Shown: positions 36,349-45,104 of the stretch, one piece after another
Position numbering within the stretch: the first letter of the stretch is position 1
How the letters are laid out: every line of letters begins with the position of its first letter
Assembly: GCA_964584995.1 (NCBI GenBank)
Contig: CAZPCA010000006.1
Coordinates: 1-45,104, forward strand
Source of the DNA: an uncultured Bifidobacterium sp.
Lineage (GTDB): Bacteria > Bacteroidota > Bacteroidia > AKYH767-A > OLB10
Reading direction: 5' to 3'
DNA length: 45,104 bases
The notes under the pieces: generated by a model
The model's database searches: none
The model's input: only the letters and a program-made list of their open reading frames with translations
Told to the model about the DNA's origin: nothing
Program-made: the position numbers and the translations under genes

Positions 36349-39237
36349 TCAGGAGTGGACTACCGCATCGGCATAGCTGCTGACATCCGGGCAGCTGCAC
36401 ACGAGGTTACGGTCTCCGTAAGCATTGTCAACGCGCTTCACAGAAGGCCAGAATTTATTGCCCTGCAACCATGGAGCAGGCCAGGCTGCCTGGGTGCGGC
36501 TATAGGGATACTGCCACTGATCAGCAGTCAATTCAGCCACCGTGTGTGGTGCGTTCACAAGGACATTGTTGGTCTTATCAGCTCTGCCCTCTTCAATTTC
36601 ACGGATTTCTTCGCGGATGGAGATCATCGCATCGCAGAAACGGTCCAGCTCGGATTTCGACTCACTTTCGGTCGGTTCCACCATCAAAGTGCCGGCAACG
36701 GGGAAGGCCACTGTAGGAGCGTGGAAGCCATAATCCATGAGACGCTTGGCGATGTCGGTCACTTCGATCCCTGCTGTCTGCTTGAAAGCCCTGCAATCCA
36801 GTATCATTTCATGCGCTACAAAGCCATGGGTACCCTTATAGAGGATCGGATAATGTTGCTCCAGACGCGCTTTCATGTAGTTAGCATTGAAGATCGCGTA
36901 TTCGGTAGACCTGCGCATACCTTCGTTTCCGAGCATACGGATATATCCGTAACTGATCAGCAGAATAAGCGCACTTCCCCAGGGGGCTGCACTCACGGCA
37001 GTGCCTGTACGTTCGCTGTTCACGTTTATCACCGGGTGGTTGGAAAGGAATGGAGCCAGGTGCTTCGCCACACCGATGGGACCCATACCAGGACCACCGC
37101 CACCATGAGGTATCGCAAATGTCTTGTGCAGATTCAGGTGGCAGACATCGGCACCAATCATACCCGGACTTGTCAATCCGACCTGCGCATTCATGTTGGC
37201 ACCATCCATATATACCTGACCACCGTTTTCATGAACGATGCGCGTGAGTTCACGGATACCTTCTTCATACACACCGTGCGTACTGGGATAAGTCACCATT
37301 GCTGCAGCAAGATGATCCTTGTGTAATTCCGCTTTCGTCCTCAAATCGTGCAGGTCGATGTTTCCGTTATCGTCGCATTTGACCACTACGATTTTCCAAC
37401 CCGCCATCACTGCACTGGCAGGATTGGTGCCGTGCGCACTCTGGGGAATCAGACAAACATCACGGTGCCCCTCTCCTTTCGCAATCAGGTAACCACGGAT
37501 CGCCATCAGGCCGGCGTATTCCCCCTGCGCACCGGAGTTGGGCTGCAAGGAGACCGCATCGAATCCTGTCACTTCACAGAGGTAGGCCTCCAGTTCGCGG
37601 ATGATCTGTGCATAGCCTTGGGCCTGGTCCACCGGAGCAAAGGGATGGATGCTGTTCCACAAAGGCCAGCTCAGTGGCATCATCTCGCTGGACGCATTCA
37701 GTTTCATGGTGCAGGATCCAAGTGCAATCATGGAGTAATTCAAGGATAAATCCTTGCTCTCGAGGTAATGGATGTAGCGCAGCATATCTGTTTCGCTACG
37801 GTACTTATTGAAGACCGGATGTGTCAGGAAGTCAGATGTACGGGCGACAGAAAGCTGCTGCTGAATCACCGGCTGAACGCTGTTATCCACACCATTCCGC
37901 TTGTAATCGAAGCCTGCCACCCTTGCGAAAATGGAAATGATTTCCGTTACATCGTCGTGAGTGGTAGTCTCATCCAGATTAATGACGATCCTGTGGTCGG
38001 GTTCATACCTGAAATTCATCATGGCATCTTCGGCCATTTTTCGGATACCCGGCATCTTGTCGCCAGCCTCAACAGCTACTGTATCAAAAAACTGATCGTG
38101 TACCATCTTGTAGCCTTGCTTTTTCAAACCGGCAGCGAGCGTAGAAGCCCTTAGGTGGATGGTTTGAGCGATGGCCTTCAGCCCCTGCGCACCGTGATAT
38201 ACCGTATACATGGATGCCATCACGGCCAGCAACACCTGAGCAGTACAAATATTGGAAGTCGCCTTGTCCCTTTTGATATGTTGCTCGCGCGTCTGTAAAG
38301 CCATGCGCAAAGCCATTTTTCCGGAAGCATCAATACTTACACCGATGATACGGCCCGGTATGTCTCTTTTATACGCTTCCCTGGTTGCGAAAAATGCAGC
38401 ATGCGGACCGCCATAACCCATAGGCACCCCGAATCTCTGTGTAGAGCCCACCACGACGTCAGCGCCCCACTCTCCGGGAGGCGTCAACATTACGAGCGCC
38501 ATGATATCGGCTGCTACCACCACGCGAATCCCGTTGGTATTGCAGGAAGCAGTGAAAGACCTGTAATCCGTAACACGGCCCTCGCGGCCCGGGTATTGCA
38601 ACAATGCACCGTAGAATTCCGCGCTGAAGGTGAAATCCTCGGCTCGTCCGATGACCAGGTCGATTCCCAAGGGCAGCGCACGGGTACGCAAAACATCGAT
38701 GGTCTGCGGGAAGGTCTCATCGCTGATGAAAAACCGATGACATCCGTTCTTTTCCTGTTCTTTTGAACGGGTATGGAACAGCATTGTCATGGCTTCTGCT
38801 GCTGCGGTGGACTCGTCCAGCAAGGAAGCGTTGGCCAATTCCATTCCGGTTAGGTCTTTCACCATCGTTTGGAAATTCAGCAAGGCCTCTAAACGTCCTT
38901 GAGCGATTTCAGCCTGGTACGGCGTATATGCTGTGTACCAACCCGGATTTTCAAATATGTTGCGCTGGATAACTCCGGGAATGATTGTATTGTGATAGCC
39001 GAGGCCAATATAGGTCCTGAACAATTTGTTCCTTGATGCGATAGCGCGTAGATCACTTATATATTCAGACTCGCTCAGGGCTGAGGGAGTATTCAGGAAT
39101 CCTTTGAGGCGTATATCCGAGGGTATGGTTTTCTGGATGAGCTCCTCGATGGAGGAGACTCCGATGGCCAACAACATATCCTGGGTTTCAATAGCATCCG
39201 GACCAATGTGACGGTCGGTGAACTGGTATGTAGACAT
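36349..39237 (-). CDS. gcvP: Glycine dehydrogenase (decarboxylating), single-chain P-protein
   Basis: 962 aa. Starts [13 protein letters not shown] and carries [20 protein letters not shown] and the PLP-Lys region [17 protein letters not shown]. Start chosen downstream of the -7 box. Confidence 0.95.
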   Translation of the reverse strand: MSTYQFTDRHIGPDAIETQDMLLAIGVSSIEELIQKTIPSDIRLKGFLNTPSALSESEYISDLRAIASRNKLFRTYIGLGYHNTIIPGVIQRNIFENPGWYTAYTPYQAEIAQGRLEALLNFQTMVKDLTGMELANASLLDESTAAAEAMTMLFHTRSKEQEKNGCHRFFISDETFPQTIDVLRTRALPLGIDLVIGRAEDFTFSAEFYGALLQYPGREGRVTDYRSFTASCNTNGIRVVVAADIMALVMLTPPGEWGADVVVGSTQRFGVPMGYGGPHAAFFATREAYKRDIPGRIIGVSIDASGKMALRMALQTREQHIKRDKATSNICTAQVLLAVMASMYTVYHGAQGLKAIAQTIHLRASTLAAGLKKQGYKMVHDQFFDTVAVEAGDKMPGIRKMAEDAMMNFRYEPDHRIVINLDETTTHDDVTEIISIFARVAGFDYKRNGVDNSVQPVIQQQLSVARTSDFLTHPVFNKYRSETDMLRYIHYLESKDLSLNYSMIALGSCTMKLNASSEMMPLSWPLWNSIHPFAPVDQAQGYAQIIRELEAYLCEVTGFDAVSLQPNSGAQGEYAGLMAIRGYLIAKGEGHRDVCLIPQSAHGTNPASAVMAGWKIVVVKCDDNGNIDLHDLRTKAELHKDHLAAAMVTYPSTHGVYEEGIRELTRIVHENGGQVYMDGANMNAQVGLTSPGMIGADVCHLNLHKTFAIPHGGGGPGMGPIGVAKHLAPFLSNHPVINVNSERTGTAVSAAPWGSALILLISYGYIRMLGNEGMRRSTEYAIFNANYMKARLEQHYPILYKGTHGFVAHEMILDCRAFKQTAGIEVTDIAKRLMDYGFHAPTVAFPVAGTLMVEPTESESKSELDRFCDAMISIREEIREIEEGRADKTNNVLVNAPHTVAELTADQWQYPYSRTQAAWPAPWLQGNKFWPSVKRVDNAYGDRNLVCSCPDVSSYADAVVHS

Positions 39238-39255
39238 ATTTTGAGTGATATGTCG

Positions 39256-39263
39256 CAAATTTA
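39256..39263 (-). promoter_or_regulatory. -7 box candidate (TAAATTTG on the minus strand)
   Basis: Exact TAnnTTTG match 18 nt upstream of ATG 39237. It lies inside the longer track ORF, which argues against the start at 39273. Confidence 0.45.
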
Positions 39264-39423
39264 CAAAACACAAGTCGTTTACACACGTCTTTTTTCATCT
39301 ACTATCAAATTGAATTACTGATAATTACAGCAATCATACACAGACGGACACGCAAAGATTTCCTACATAAGCGAAATCAAAGAATTTCTGAATCTCTACA
39401 GCCCTGCACAAGCAGGCATTTCA

Positions 39424-39431
39424 TAGCTTTG
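39424..39431 (+). promoter_or_regulatory. -7 box-like octamer (TAGCTTTG)
   Basis: Exact TAnnTTTG match only 3 nt before ATG 39435. The spacing may be too short for it to be functional. Confidence 0.25.
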
Positions 39432-39434
39432 GAT

Positions 39435-40067
39435 ATGTCCAAGAAACCTCTGATCACCTTCTTGCTCCTGGCAGGTACGATTGCCTGCTATCGTGCCGAT
39501 GCCCAGCAAACGATTCTCCTGCTCAACGGTAAAAAAATCGAGGCGACTGACGTACATGTCGGAGCTGAATATATTCAATATACTTTCAGTAAGAAGCAAC
39601 AGAAAAAAACGAAAGAACTTGACCGTTACGAAGTGTTTTCTATCACCGACGAAAAAGGAACCGAAGATTTCATTTACCAGCCAGCCGACTCTCTGGACTC
39701 CAGCATCACCTACGTCCGCGACTATATCACCGGAATTCAGGCAGCCAGACTGAATTACCGCGACAAGGGATTATCGGTTTCTTCAGCGATTGCAGGCGGT
39801 GCAGCGAATGCCTTATTTCTCGGTCCGGCCTTCCTGTATGCGTTACCCATTCCCATGTTGTTCAGTGCTGCAGCCGTGAACCTCACAGACCGTCAGGTCA
39901 AATTACCGGCAGATACCGATGAGCGTCTGCGCAACTCCCCCGGCTTTGAGGTAGGTTACCGTACGACCACCAAGAACATCCGGCTTCAACAAAGTTTGAA
40001 ATGGGGGTATATCAGCATGGGGATAGGACTTGGTTGGGTGATTTACGGATTGCAGTTAAAAAAATAA
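39435..40067 (+). CDS. Hypothetical envelope protein: signal peptide, soluble domain, C-terminal TM segments
   Basis: N-terminal MSKKPLITFLLLAGTIACYRADAQQ. Hydrophobic stretches AIAGGAANALFLGPAFLYALPIPMLFSAAAV and GYISMGIGLGWVIYGL. No motif recognised. Confidence 0.65.
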   Translation: MSKKPLITFLLLAGTIACYRADAQQTILLLNGKKIEATDVHVGAEYIQYTFSKKQQKKTKELDRYEVFSITDEKGTEDFIYQPADSLDSSITYVRDYITGIQAARLNYRDKGLSVSSAIAGGAANALFLGPAFLYALPIPMLFSAAAVNLTDRQVKLPADTDERLRNSPGFEVGYRTTTKNIRLQQSLKWGYISMGIGLGWVIYGLQLKK

Positions 40068-40117
40068 CAAGAAGCTTGCAGCGCACTCGTCTATTTACAG
40101 GAGCTCACGCCCTGTGC

Positions 40118-40891
40118 ATGGGTATCGCATCTTCCTCGCTGGCTTTCTACTCATTCGAAGCGCTCGACGATTCTTACCCGGTGAGCACTTCGGTTACACA
40201 CATGGCTGTAGTGTTTACATTGACGGTCATTGCCTATATATGGCCGACACTTTATGGTTCAGCCCCGCGCGTTCATCCCTCCTTATTGAAAGCCCCCGGA
40301 ACGTTCCTTATAGGATTCGTCGCCGCAATCATCGCCTGGGCCTACGGGGAATTTTCACTTGCTTTTACCTGGCAACTCTTGTTGGCCGGAGCCATCACTG
40401 TGCTTTACTATGCCACTATTCGCATAGGCGGAAACGAAATCAGGGGTATACGGTCCATAGCAGGGCTGAAAAATTTTGCACTCGCAACAGCCTGGACATT
40501 GGCCACGGTACCAGCCGAGGTGACTTTTATCAATACCACCATCGTATTACAGCGCTTTCTATTCATCTTGATTCTAAGTCTGTGTGTAGACCTGCGCGAC
40601 TTGCAGCAGGACAGATCCTCTGGTATATCGACATTGACTGGCCTTTTCGGGTTCAATAAAAGTAAATTCATTCTATTGATACTCTGCACCTGTCTTGGAA
40701 CGTTATCCTTCCAGGTAAGTATTGGCAACCCCACAGAGGCCTACCGGACGTTGCACACCCTGAGTGCTGCCTTGCTGATGCTGACCATACTATTGCTGCG
40801 CGACGACACCCAACCATCGACCTATACACTGATGTTCGACGGTCATCTGGTAGCGTTCAGCCTAGCGCTCGTGCTTACCATCCAATCATAA
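40118..40891 (+). CDS. Polytopic membrane protein, tentatively UbiA-prenyltransferase-like
   Basis: Six or more hydrophobic helices. CVDLRDLQQDRSSGISTL resembles the second DxxDxxxD motif of UbiA enzymes, and GLKNFALATAW resembles the central LK..N motif. I see no clear first NDxxDxxxD motif. The start is uncertain: TTG 40076 or ATG 40118. Confidence 0.5.
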   Translation: MGIASSSLAFYSFEALDDSYPVSTSVTHMAVVFTLTVIAYIWPTLYGSAPRVHPSLLKAPGTFLIGFVAAIIAWAYGEFSLAFTWQLLLAGAITVLYYATIRIGGNEIRGIRSIAGLKNFALATAWTLATVPAEVTFINTTIVLQRFLFILILSLCVDLRDLQQDRSSGISTLTGLFGFNKSKFILLILCTCLGTLSFQVSIGNPTEAYRTLHTLSAALLMLTILLLRDDTQPSTYTLMFDGHLVAFSLALVLTIQS

Positions 40892-40913
40892 ATCCATGAA
40901 AGTGTAATTTTAC

Positions 40914-41546
40914 ATGGTGAAACGTCGGTACATAATCGTTCTGCTCCTGCTCTATGTGGTACCTTGCAGGGCCCAGCAGACAGGTGAGACCAGCACTGTT
41001 CAGCCATTTCTGCTGCTGGACAATTACTTCTCACTGATTGGCAACAAGAGCGCCGATGTTTGGGGTTTCCGTGCTGGAGTGGAATGGAAAAAAAAGTGGA
41101 GATGGGGGGCTGGATTCAACAAACTGGAGTCCGATATCATTGAGAAAAAAACATTGCCCTCAGAAGAACTTTCGTACTCTGATTTTTCTGTTGTCAAAGC
41201 CAAACTCTATCTACGGTACTATCCTGTCATGGCGGAATACATCTTTTACCGCAAAGACCCATGGCAGTTCAGCTGTCCTGTTCAATTGGGGTACGGACAG
41301 AGTTTTTTCCAGTATTTCGATCGGGACAATTTGGAAAGGGAAATATTCAAAAAGGGTGTTTTTGTTTTTCAGCCCGGTATAAATGCGCAATATAAATTAC
41401 TCAAATGGGTAGGTTTCACCGGTGGCTTTGGCTATCGGCTCATGCTGATCAATAACCAGCAAATAGACACCCGCATGAATTCTCCGGTATTGACCATAGG
41501 TATACGGTTTTTCCCGGGAGAGATCATGAAGACCCTCAAAGAATAA
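40914..41546 (+). CDS. Hypothetical secreted, beta-barrel-like protein
   Basis: Signal peptide RRYIIVLLLLYVVPCRAQQ and aromatic/Gly-rich strand-like segments (GFRAGVEW, GFTGGFGYRL). No motif recognised. Confidence 0.65.
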   Translation: MVKRRYIIVLLLLYVVPCRAQQTGETSTVQPFLLLDNYFSLIGNKSADVWGFRAGVEWKKKWRWGAGFNKLESDIIEKKTLPSEELSYSDFSVVKAKLYLRYYPVMAEYIFYRKDPWQFSCPVQLGYGQSFFQYFDRDNLEREIFKKGVFVFQPGINAQYKLLKWVGFTGGFGYRLMLINNQQIDTRMNSPVLTIGIRFFPGEIMKTLKE

Positions 41547-41591
41547 AGGATTGTCACCTACAGCAAGGTGATGGCTTATCGCAAACCGTAG

Positions 41592-41599
41592 TATCTTTG
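41592..41599 (+). promoter_or_regulatory. -7 box candidate (TATCTTTG)
   Basis: Exact TAnnTTTG match 6 nt upstream of ATG 41606. Confidence 0.3.
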
Positions 41600-41605
41600 A
41601 CGACT

Positions 41606-42067
41606 ATGCGTAAAATCAGTTTTGATGAATTGTACATGGATCTGGCCCACAACCTGGCGCAGAAATCCCACTGTGTCAAAATGAAAGTCGGCGCTGTGAT
41701 ATCCAGGGACACCCGCATCGTTTCTCTCGGATACAACGGACCGCCTGCGGGCACCCATAACTGTGACGAAGAATGGCCTGAAACGGGTTGTCCACGGGAC
41801 AGGAAGGGCGGCTGTTCACTGGCCTTGCACGCTGAGGCCAACGCCATTTTGTATGCAGCAAAAAACCAGCAGACGCTCGAAAACGCTACCTTGTACGTTA
41901 CCCTTGCGCCTTGTCTGCCCTGCGCGCGCATCATTTACACTACGGGGATCCGGAAAGTGATTTTCAGAGACAGTTACGCCGCTTACAAAGGAATCGATGT
42001 AGAAGAAGGTGTTGACTTTCTTCGCCGTTTCGGCATCGAGGTTACACAATTTTCCCAAACAACGTAA
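41606..42067 (+). CDS. Deoxycytidylate (dCMP) deaminase, ComEB family
   Basis: Zinc ligands HAEANAI and PCLPCARII. VGAVI...LGYNG is also present. Length 153 aa. Confidence 0.9.
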   Translation: MRKISFDELYMDLAHNLAQKSHCVKMKVGAVISRDTRIVSLGYNGPPAGTHNCDEEWPETGCPRDRKGGCSLALHAEANAILYAAKNQQTLENATLYVTLAPCLPCARIIYTTGIRKVIFRDSYAAYKGIDVEEGVDFLRRFGIEVTQFSQTT

Positions 42068-42075
42068 TACGAAAA

Positions 42076-43662
42076 ATGGAAAACAGACCAGTCCGCATCC
42101 TATTGCTTCCGTTGCTGCTGGGTCTATGTCTCGCAGCGGGCTTATACCTGGGCAGCAAACTCGGTGGGACGACCGTCGCCAACGACGACAAGATCGCCTC
42201 CATTCTCGATTATATCGAGCTGGAGTATGTGGACACTGTCAATAGAAAAGAACTGGTAGAGTCCTCTATCGTCAAATTACTGGAACAACTTGACCCTCAC
42301 TCCGCCTACATTCCATCCGAGGACCTGAAGGCCGCCAATGAACCGCTCGAGGGTAACTTCGAAGGCATCGGTGTCGAATTCCATATTCAGGAAGACTCCA
42401 TCATGGTCGTTTCCGCCATTTCGGGTGGACCGAGTGAAAGTGTCGGTATTTTGCCGGGGGACCGTATTGTCAAAGTCAACAACAAGAACGTAGCCGGCAT
42501 CGGCATCACCAACGATCAGGTGATGAAGAACCTCAGAGGTAAAGGCGGAACCGAAGTGAAAGTCGCCGTATTCCGACGCGGGCAGAAAAACCTGATTGAT
42601 TTCAAGATCATCCGCGGTAAAATTCCCATCAACAGCCTGGACTACTTCTATATGATTGACGGGAAAACGGGCTACATCAAAATCAGCCGCTTCAGTGCCA
42701 CCACCTACGATGAATTCATAACGGCCATGAAGCAACTAAAACAGAAAGGGCTTGAACAGCTGATTTTGGACCTTCGTGGCAACCCGGGTGGATTCCTGGA
42801 TGCGGCCACCGATATAGCGGACGAGTTCCTAGGCGGCAGAAAGCTCATGGTATATACCGAAGGCAAGGCAAGGCCCAAAGCTGAGTACTTCTCCGGCAAG
42901 GACGGCATGTTCGAACAAGGCAAGATCGTGGTACTGATCGATGAAGGCTCCGCCTCTGCAAGTGAAATCGTTTCGGGAGCCATTCAGGACTGGGACAGAG
43001 GCACCATCATTGGCCGGCGGTCTTTCGGCAAAGGCCTCGTACAAGAACAGACGGTACTGCCCGACGGTTCCGCTCTACGGCTCACTATCGCCCGTTATTA
43101 TACACCCACTGGTCGCAGTATTCAAAAACCTTACGAAAAAGGTGTGGCTGCCTACGAGGATGAAGTTATCGACCGCTACCGCCATGGTGAATTGATACAC
43201 AAGGACAGTATACGGCTACCTGATTCGTTGAAATACAAAACGCCGGCTGGAAGAATCGTGTACGGCGGCGGCGGTATCATGCCTGACATCTTTGTTCCGA
43301 TTGATACCACCTATGAAAGCGATTACCTGAACAGGTTATTTGCCAGCGGTAGCGTCAACCAGTTCTCCTATGATTATGTGGACCAGCATCGGAACGAACT
43401 GAAAAAATTCAGTTCTCCCGCAGCCTTCCGGTCAGGTTTCAAAGCGGATCAGTCATTCATCAACGAGTTCACCCGATACGCGGAAAGCAAGGGTGTACCC
43501 AAAGATGAAAAAGGCCTGCAACAATCACTGCCGGTATTAAGCAACCAACTGAAAGCGTACATTGCAAGACTGATGTGGCGAAACGATGGTCTGTACCCTA
43601 TCCTACACGAAAAGGATCCCGTACTGCAAAGAGCGCTGCTGCAACTGAAAAAGGAAAAATGA
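42076..43662 (+). CDS. S41 carboxy-terminal processing protease with a PDZ domain
   Basis: PDZ segment GILPGDRIVKVNN. LDLRGNPGG, the catalytic Ser region DEGSASASEI and GKGLVQ are present. Confidence 0.95.
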   Translation: MENRPVRILLLPLLLGLCLAAGLYLGSKLGGTTVANDDKIASILDYIELEYVDTVNRKELVESSIVKLLEQLDPHSAYIPSEDLKAANEPLEGNFEGIGVEFHIQEDSIMVVSAISGGPSESVGILPGDRIVKVNNKNVAGIGITNDQVMKNLRGKGGTEVKVAVFRRGQKNLIDFKIIRGKIPINSLDYFYMIDGKTGYIKISRFSATTYDEFITAMKQLKQKGLEQLILDLRGNPGGFLDAATDIADEFLGGRKLMVYTEGKARPKAEYFSGKDGMFEQGKIVVLIDEGSASASEIVSGAIQDWDRGTIIGRRSFGKGLVQEQTVLPDGSALRLTIARYYTPTGRSIQKPYEKGVAAYEDEVIDRYRHGELIHKDSIRLPDSLKYKTPAGRIVYGGGGIMPDIFVPIDTTYESDYLNRLFASGSVNQFSYDYVDQHRNELKKFSSPAAFRSGFKADQSFINEFTRYAESKGVPKDEKGLQQSLPVLSNQLKAYIARLMWRNDGLYPILHEKDPVLQRALLQLKKEK

Positions 43663-45062
43663 AAATGGAAAATCGTCGTACAACGGCGATGCTTGCCTTC
43701 ATTTTATTCTGTACCCGCCTACCGTTTTTGTTTTTCGGCTATGGCAGTGAAGAAGATGCATGGGCCTTGCCACTTGTTGCGGAACGGATTGCAACGAGTG
43801 GACACTATGAGGTAAGCCGTCTGCCGGGTCATCCCGTTCAGGAAATCGTCTATTCCTTGTGCTGGAAAGGTGGACCAGTAGCATTCAATCTACTCACTGC
43901 ACTGATCAGCACGCTGGGCATTCTCGTTTTTCACCATTTTCTGAAGCGGATGAATGTACCTCACCGGCTATGGATTTGTGCTGTGCTGGCTTTTACACCG
44001 GTGGTTTACATCAACAGCACCAATGCGATGGACTACACCTGGGCATTGAGTTTCACCTTGATGGCTATGCATTTCATCTCTACGCGGAACATCCTTTTGG
44101 CGGGCGGGATGCTTGCGCTTGCCACAGGTTGCAGAATCACCGCTGGAGCGATGTACCTCCCCCTCGCCTATCTTATCTGGCAATTGAGCGAAAGGGAAGA
44201 TCGCTTCAAACATCTAGGCTACTTTGCCCTTTCATTTCTCTTTTCCTTAGCCCTCCTCTTCACTCCCGTCGTGCTGGAATATGGCAATGGCTTTCTGACC
44301 TTCTACGAACATTTCCCCCTTCCATCCTTTGCCCGCAACCTGTACAAAGGCAGTATTGGCGTTTGGGGACTTCCGGGTATGGTGACGCTGTTGCTTGTTT
44401 GTATCCCATTGCTGAAGCATATCAGAAAAAACAACTTTGAATTCAGCCAACCACCCCATCGTACTCTCGCCATAGCCTGCATCACGGCTATCTCACTTTA
44501 TACCATCGCATTCATGCGCCTTCCGCTCAAATCGGCTTTTCTGATTCCGGCACTGCCCTTCCTGTATATCCTGCCTGCTTTGTTTTTAAACGAAAAAAAG
44601 ATGAAACTGCTGGCCGGTAGCATGTTACTATCCTGTTTTATCGGAGGGGTCAATCTGGCAGACGACAACAGAGGATCCGGCAAGAGTGCATTGGCACTGA
44701 TAGTTGAAGTGGAAAATCAAGCGATAAGTTTTGATTTATGCAGAGGAATCTTTTATGCCGACATCGTCAAGCGTCAGCAGAGAACAGCCTTCAGCAAACG
44801 GGTACTGAGGAGTCTCTCTGTAGTGCAAGAAAAAACCATCATCATCGCCGGCTGGTGGATGGCCGATCTGCTGGTACTCAGCAGGGATGAACCGCTCAAA
44901 CACGTTACCTTGTGCTATTACCAGGACGAAAAGACGCTTCAATGGTATAAAAAAACGGGGTATGCCATTTATTATCTCGAAGATCAAAACGAGTATAACG
45001 ACCTTCGCTTTGGTAACAATTTCACCCAGCGGTATGCTACCAAATGGAATTTGTCATACTGA
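43659..45062 (+). CDS. Polytopic membrane protein, probable GT-C fold glycosyltransferase (ArnT/PMT-like)
   Basis: Its ATG overlaps the protease stop (ATGA). About 10 TM helices, with an acidic first-loop motif GYGSEEDAW as in GT-C enzymes, and a C-terminal ~120-aa soluble domain. The family call is tentative. Confidence 0.6.
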   Translation: MKMENRRTTAMLAFILFCTRLPFLFFGYGSEEDAWALPLVAERIATSGHYEVSRLPGHPVQEIVYSLCWKGGPVAFNLLTALISTLGILVFHHFLKRMNVPHRLWICAVLAFTPVVYINSTNAMDYTWALSFTLMAMHFISTRNILLAGGMLALATGCRITAGAMYLPLAYLIWQLSEREDRFKHLGYFALSFLFSLALLFTPVVLEYGNGFLTFYEHFPLPSFARNLYKGSIGVWGLPGMVTLLLVCIPLLKHIRKNNFEFSQPPHRTLAIACITAISLYTIAFMRLPLKSAFLIPALPFLYILPALFLNEKKMKLLAGSMLLSCFIGGVNLADDNRGSGKSALALIVEVENQAISFDLCRGIFYADIVKRQQRTAFSKRVLRSLSVVQEKTIIIAGWWMADLLVLSRDEPLKHVTLCYYQDEKTLQWYKKTGYAIYYLEDQNEYNDLRFGNNFTQRYATKWNLSY

Positions 45063-45104
45063 CAAGAAAAGGGGATCCTCGTAGTCAAGCACCTTTCTCC
45101 GCCA

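Noticed and set aside
36355-37326. Long antisense ORFs inside gcvP (323 aa), and similar ones inside korB (17997..18656), sdhA (33512..34153), mfd (11253..11795, 11982..12509) and nadE (18775..19248, 20119..20589)
   Set aside because: They lie fully within, and antisense or out of frame to, genes with unmistakable conserved motifs. Their sequences are low-complexity and Arg/His/Cys-rich, as is typical of shadow ORFs.
39238-39434. Glycine riboswitch upstream of gcvP
   Set aside because: I could not find the conserved GGAGAG...ACCGAAGGGGCAA-type cores on the minus strand. In addition, the -7 box lies only 18 nt from the ATG, leaving no room for an aptamer.
1-45104. Mobile element, prophage or defence island
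   Set aside because: I recognised no integrase, transposase, recombinase, restriction, Cas, toxin-antitoxin or phage structural motifs in any frame. I also saw no long inverted or direct terminal repeats. Gene content is mostly housekeeping.

Overview
This 45.1-kb window reads as ordinary chromosome from a Bacteroidota genome. Evidence for the phylum is a GldB gliding lipoprotein, a T9SS-type C-terminal sorting domain, PKD-repeat surface proteins, and TAnnTTTG -7 promoter boxes with little Shine-Dalgarno usage. About 36 protein genes fill roughly 90% of the sequence. Most are core metabolism or maintenance: gpmI, mfd, korAB, nadE, sdhCAB, gcvP, rfbA, an aminopeptidase P-type enzyme, acpH, dCMP deaminase, an S41 protease, a polyprenyl synthase, an SDR epimerase and a membrane desaturase. 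The rest are envelope or surface genes: an 1838-aa protein with 18 PKD modules, beta-barrel proteins, gldB and a Kazal-like T9SS cargo. I see no tRNA, rRNA, CRISPR array, transposase, integrase or phage genes, and no convincing multi-gene novel system such as a defence island. The one element the gene map does not explain is a 330-nt non-coding block at 15313-15644. It holds 11 consecutive stem-loops. Ten share an invariant CCGUAA loop on variable arms, three full 60-nt tandem units are present, and the last hairpin is a strong intrinsic terminator. That block is my top candidate for something undescribed: a structured RNA, a protein-sponge RNA or a REP-like element. Secondary leads are a bacterial SET-domain protein with a basic, NLS-like tail flanked by two 30-aa hydrophobic mini-ORFs, a DesD-like front-end desaturase, an orphan radical-SAM/SPASM enzyme, a three-gene cluster of uncharacterised envelope proteins, and -7 boxes sitting 3-10 nt from start codons. 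All functional calls come from motifs I recognise by eye in the supplied translations. No database search was run.
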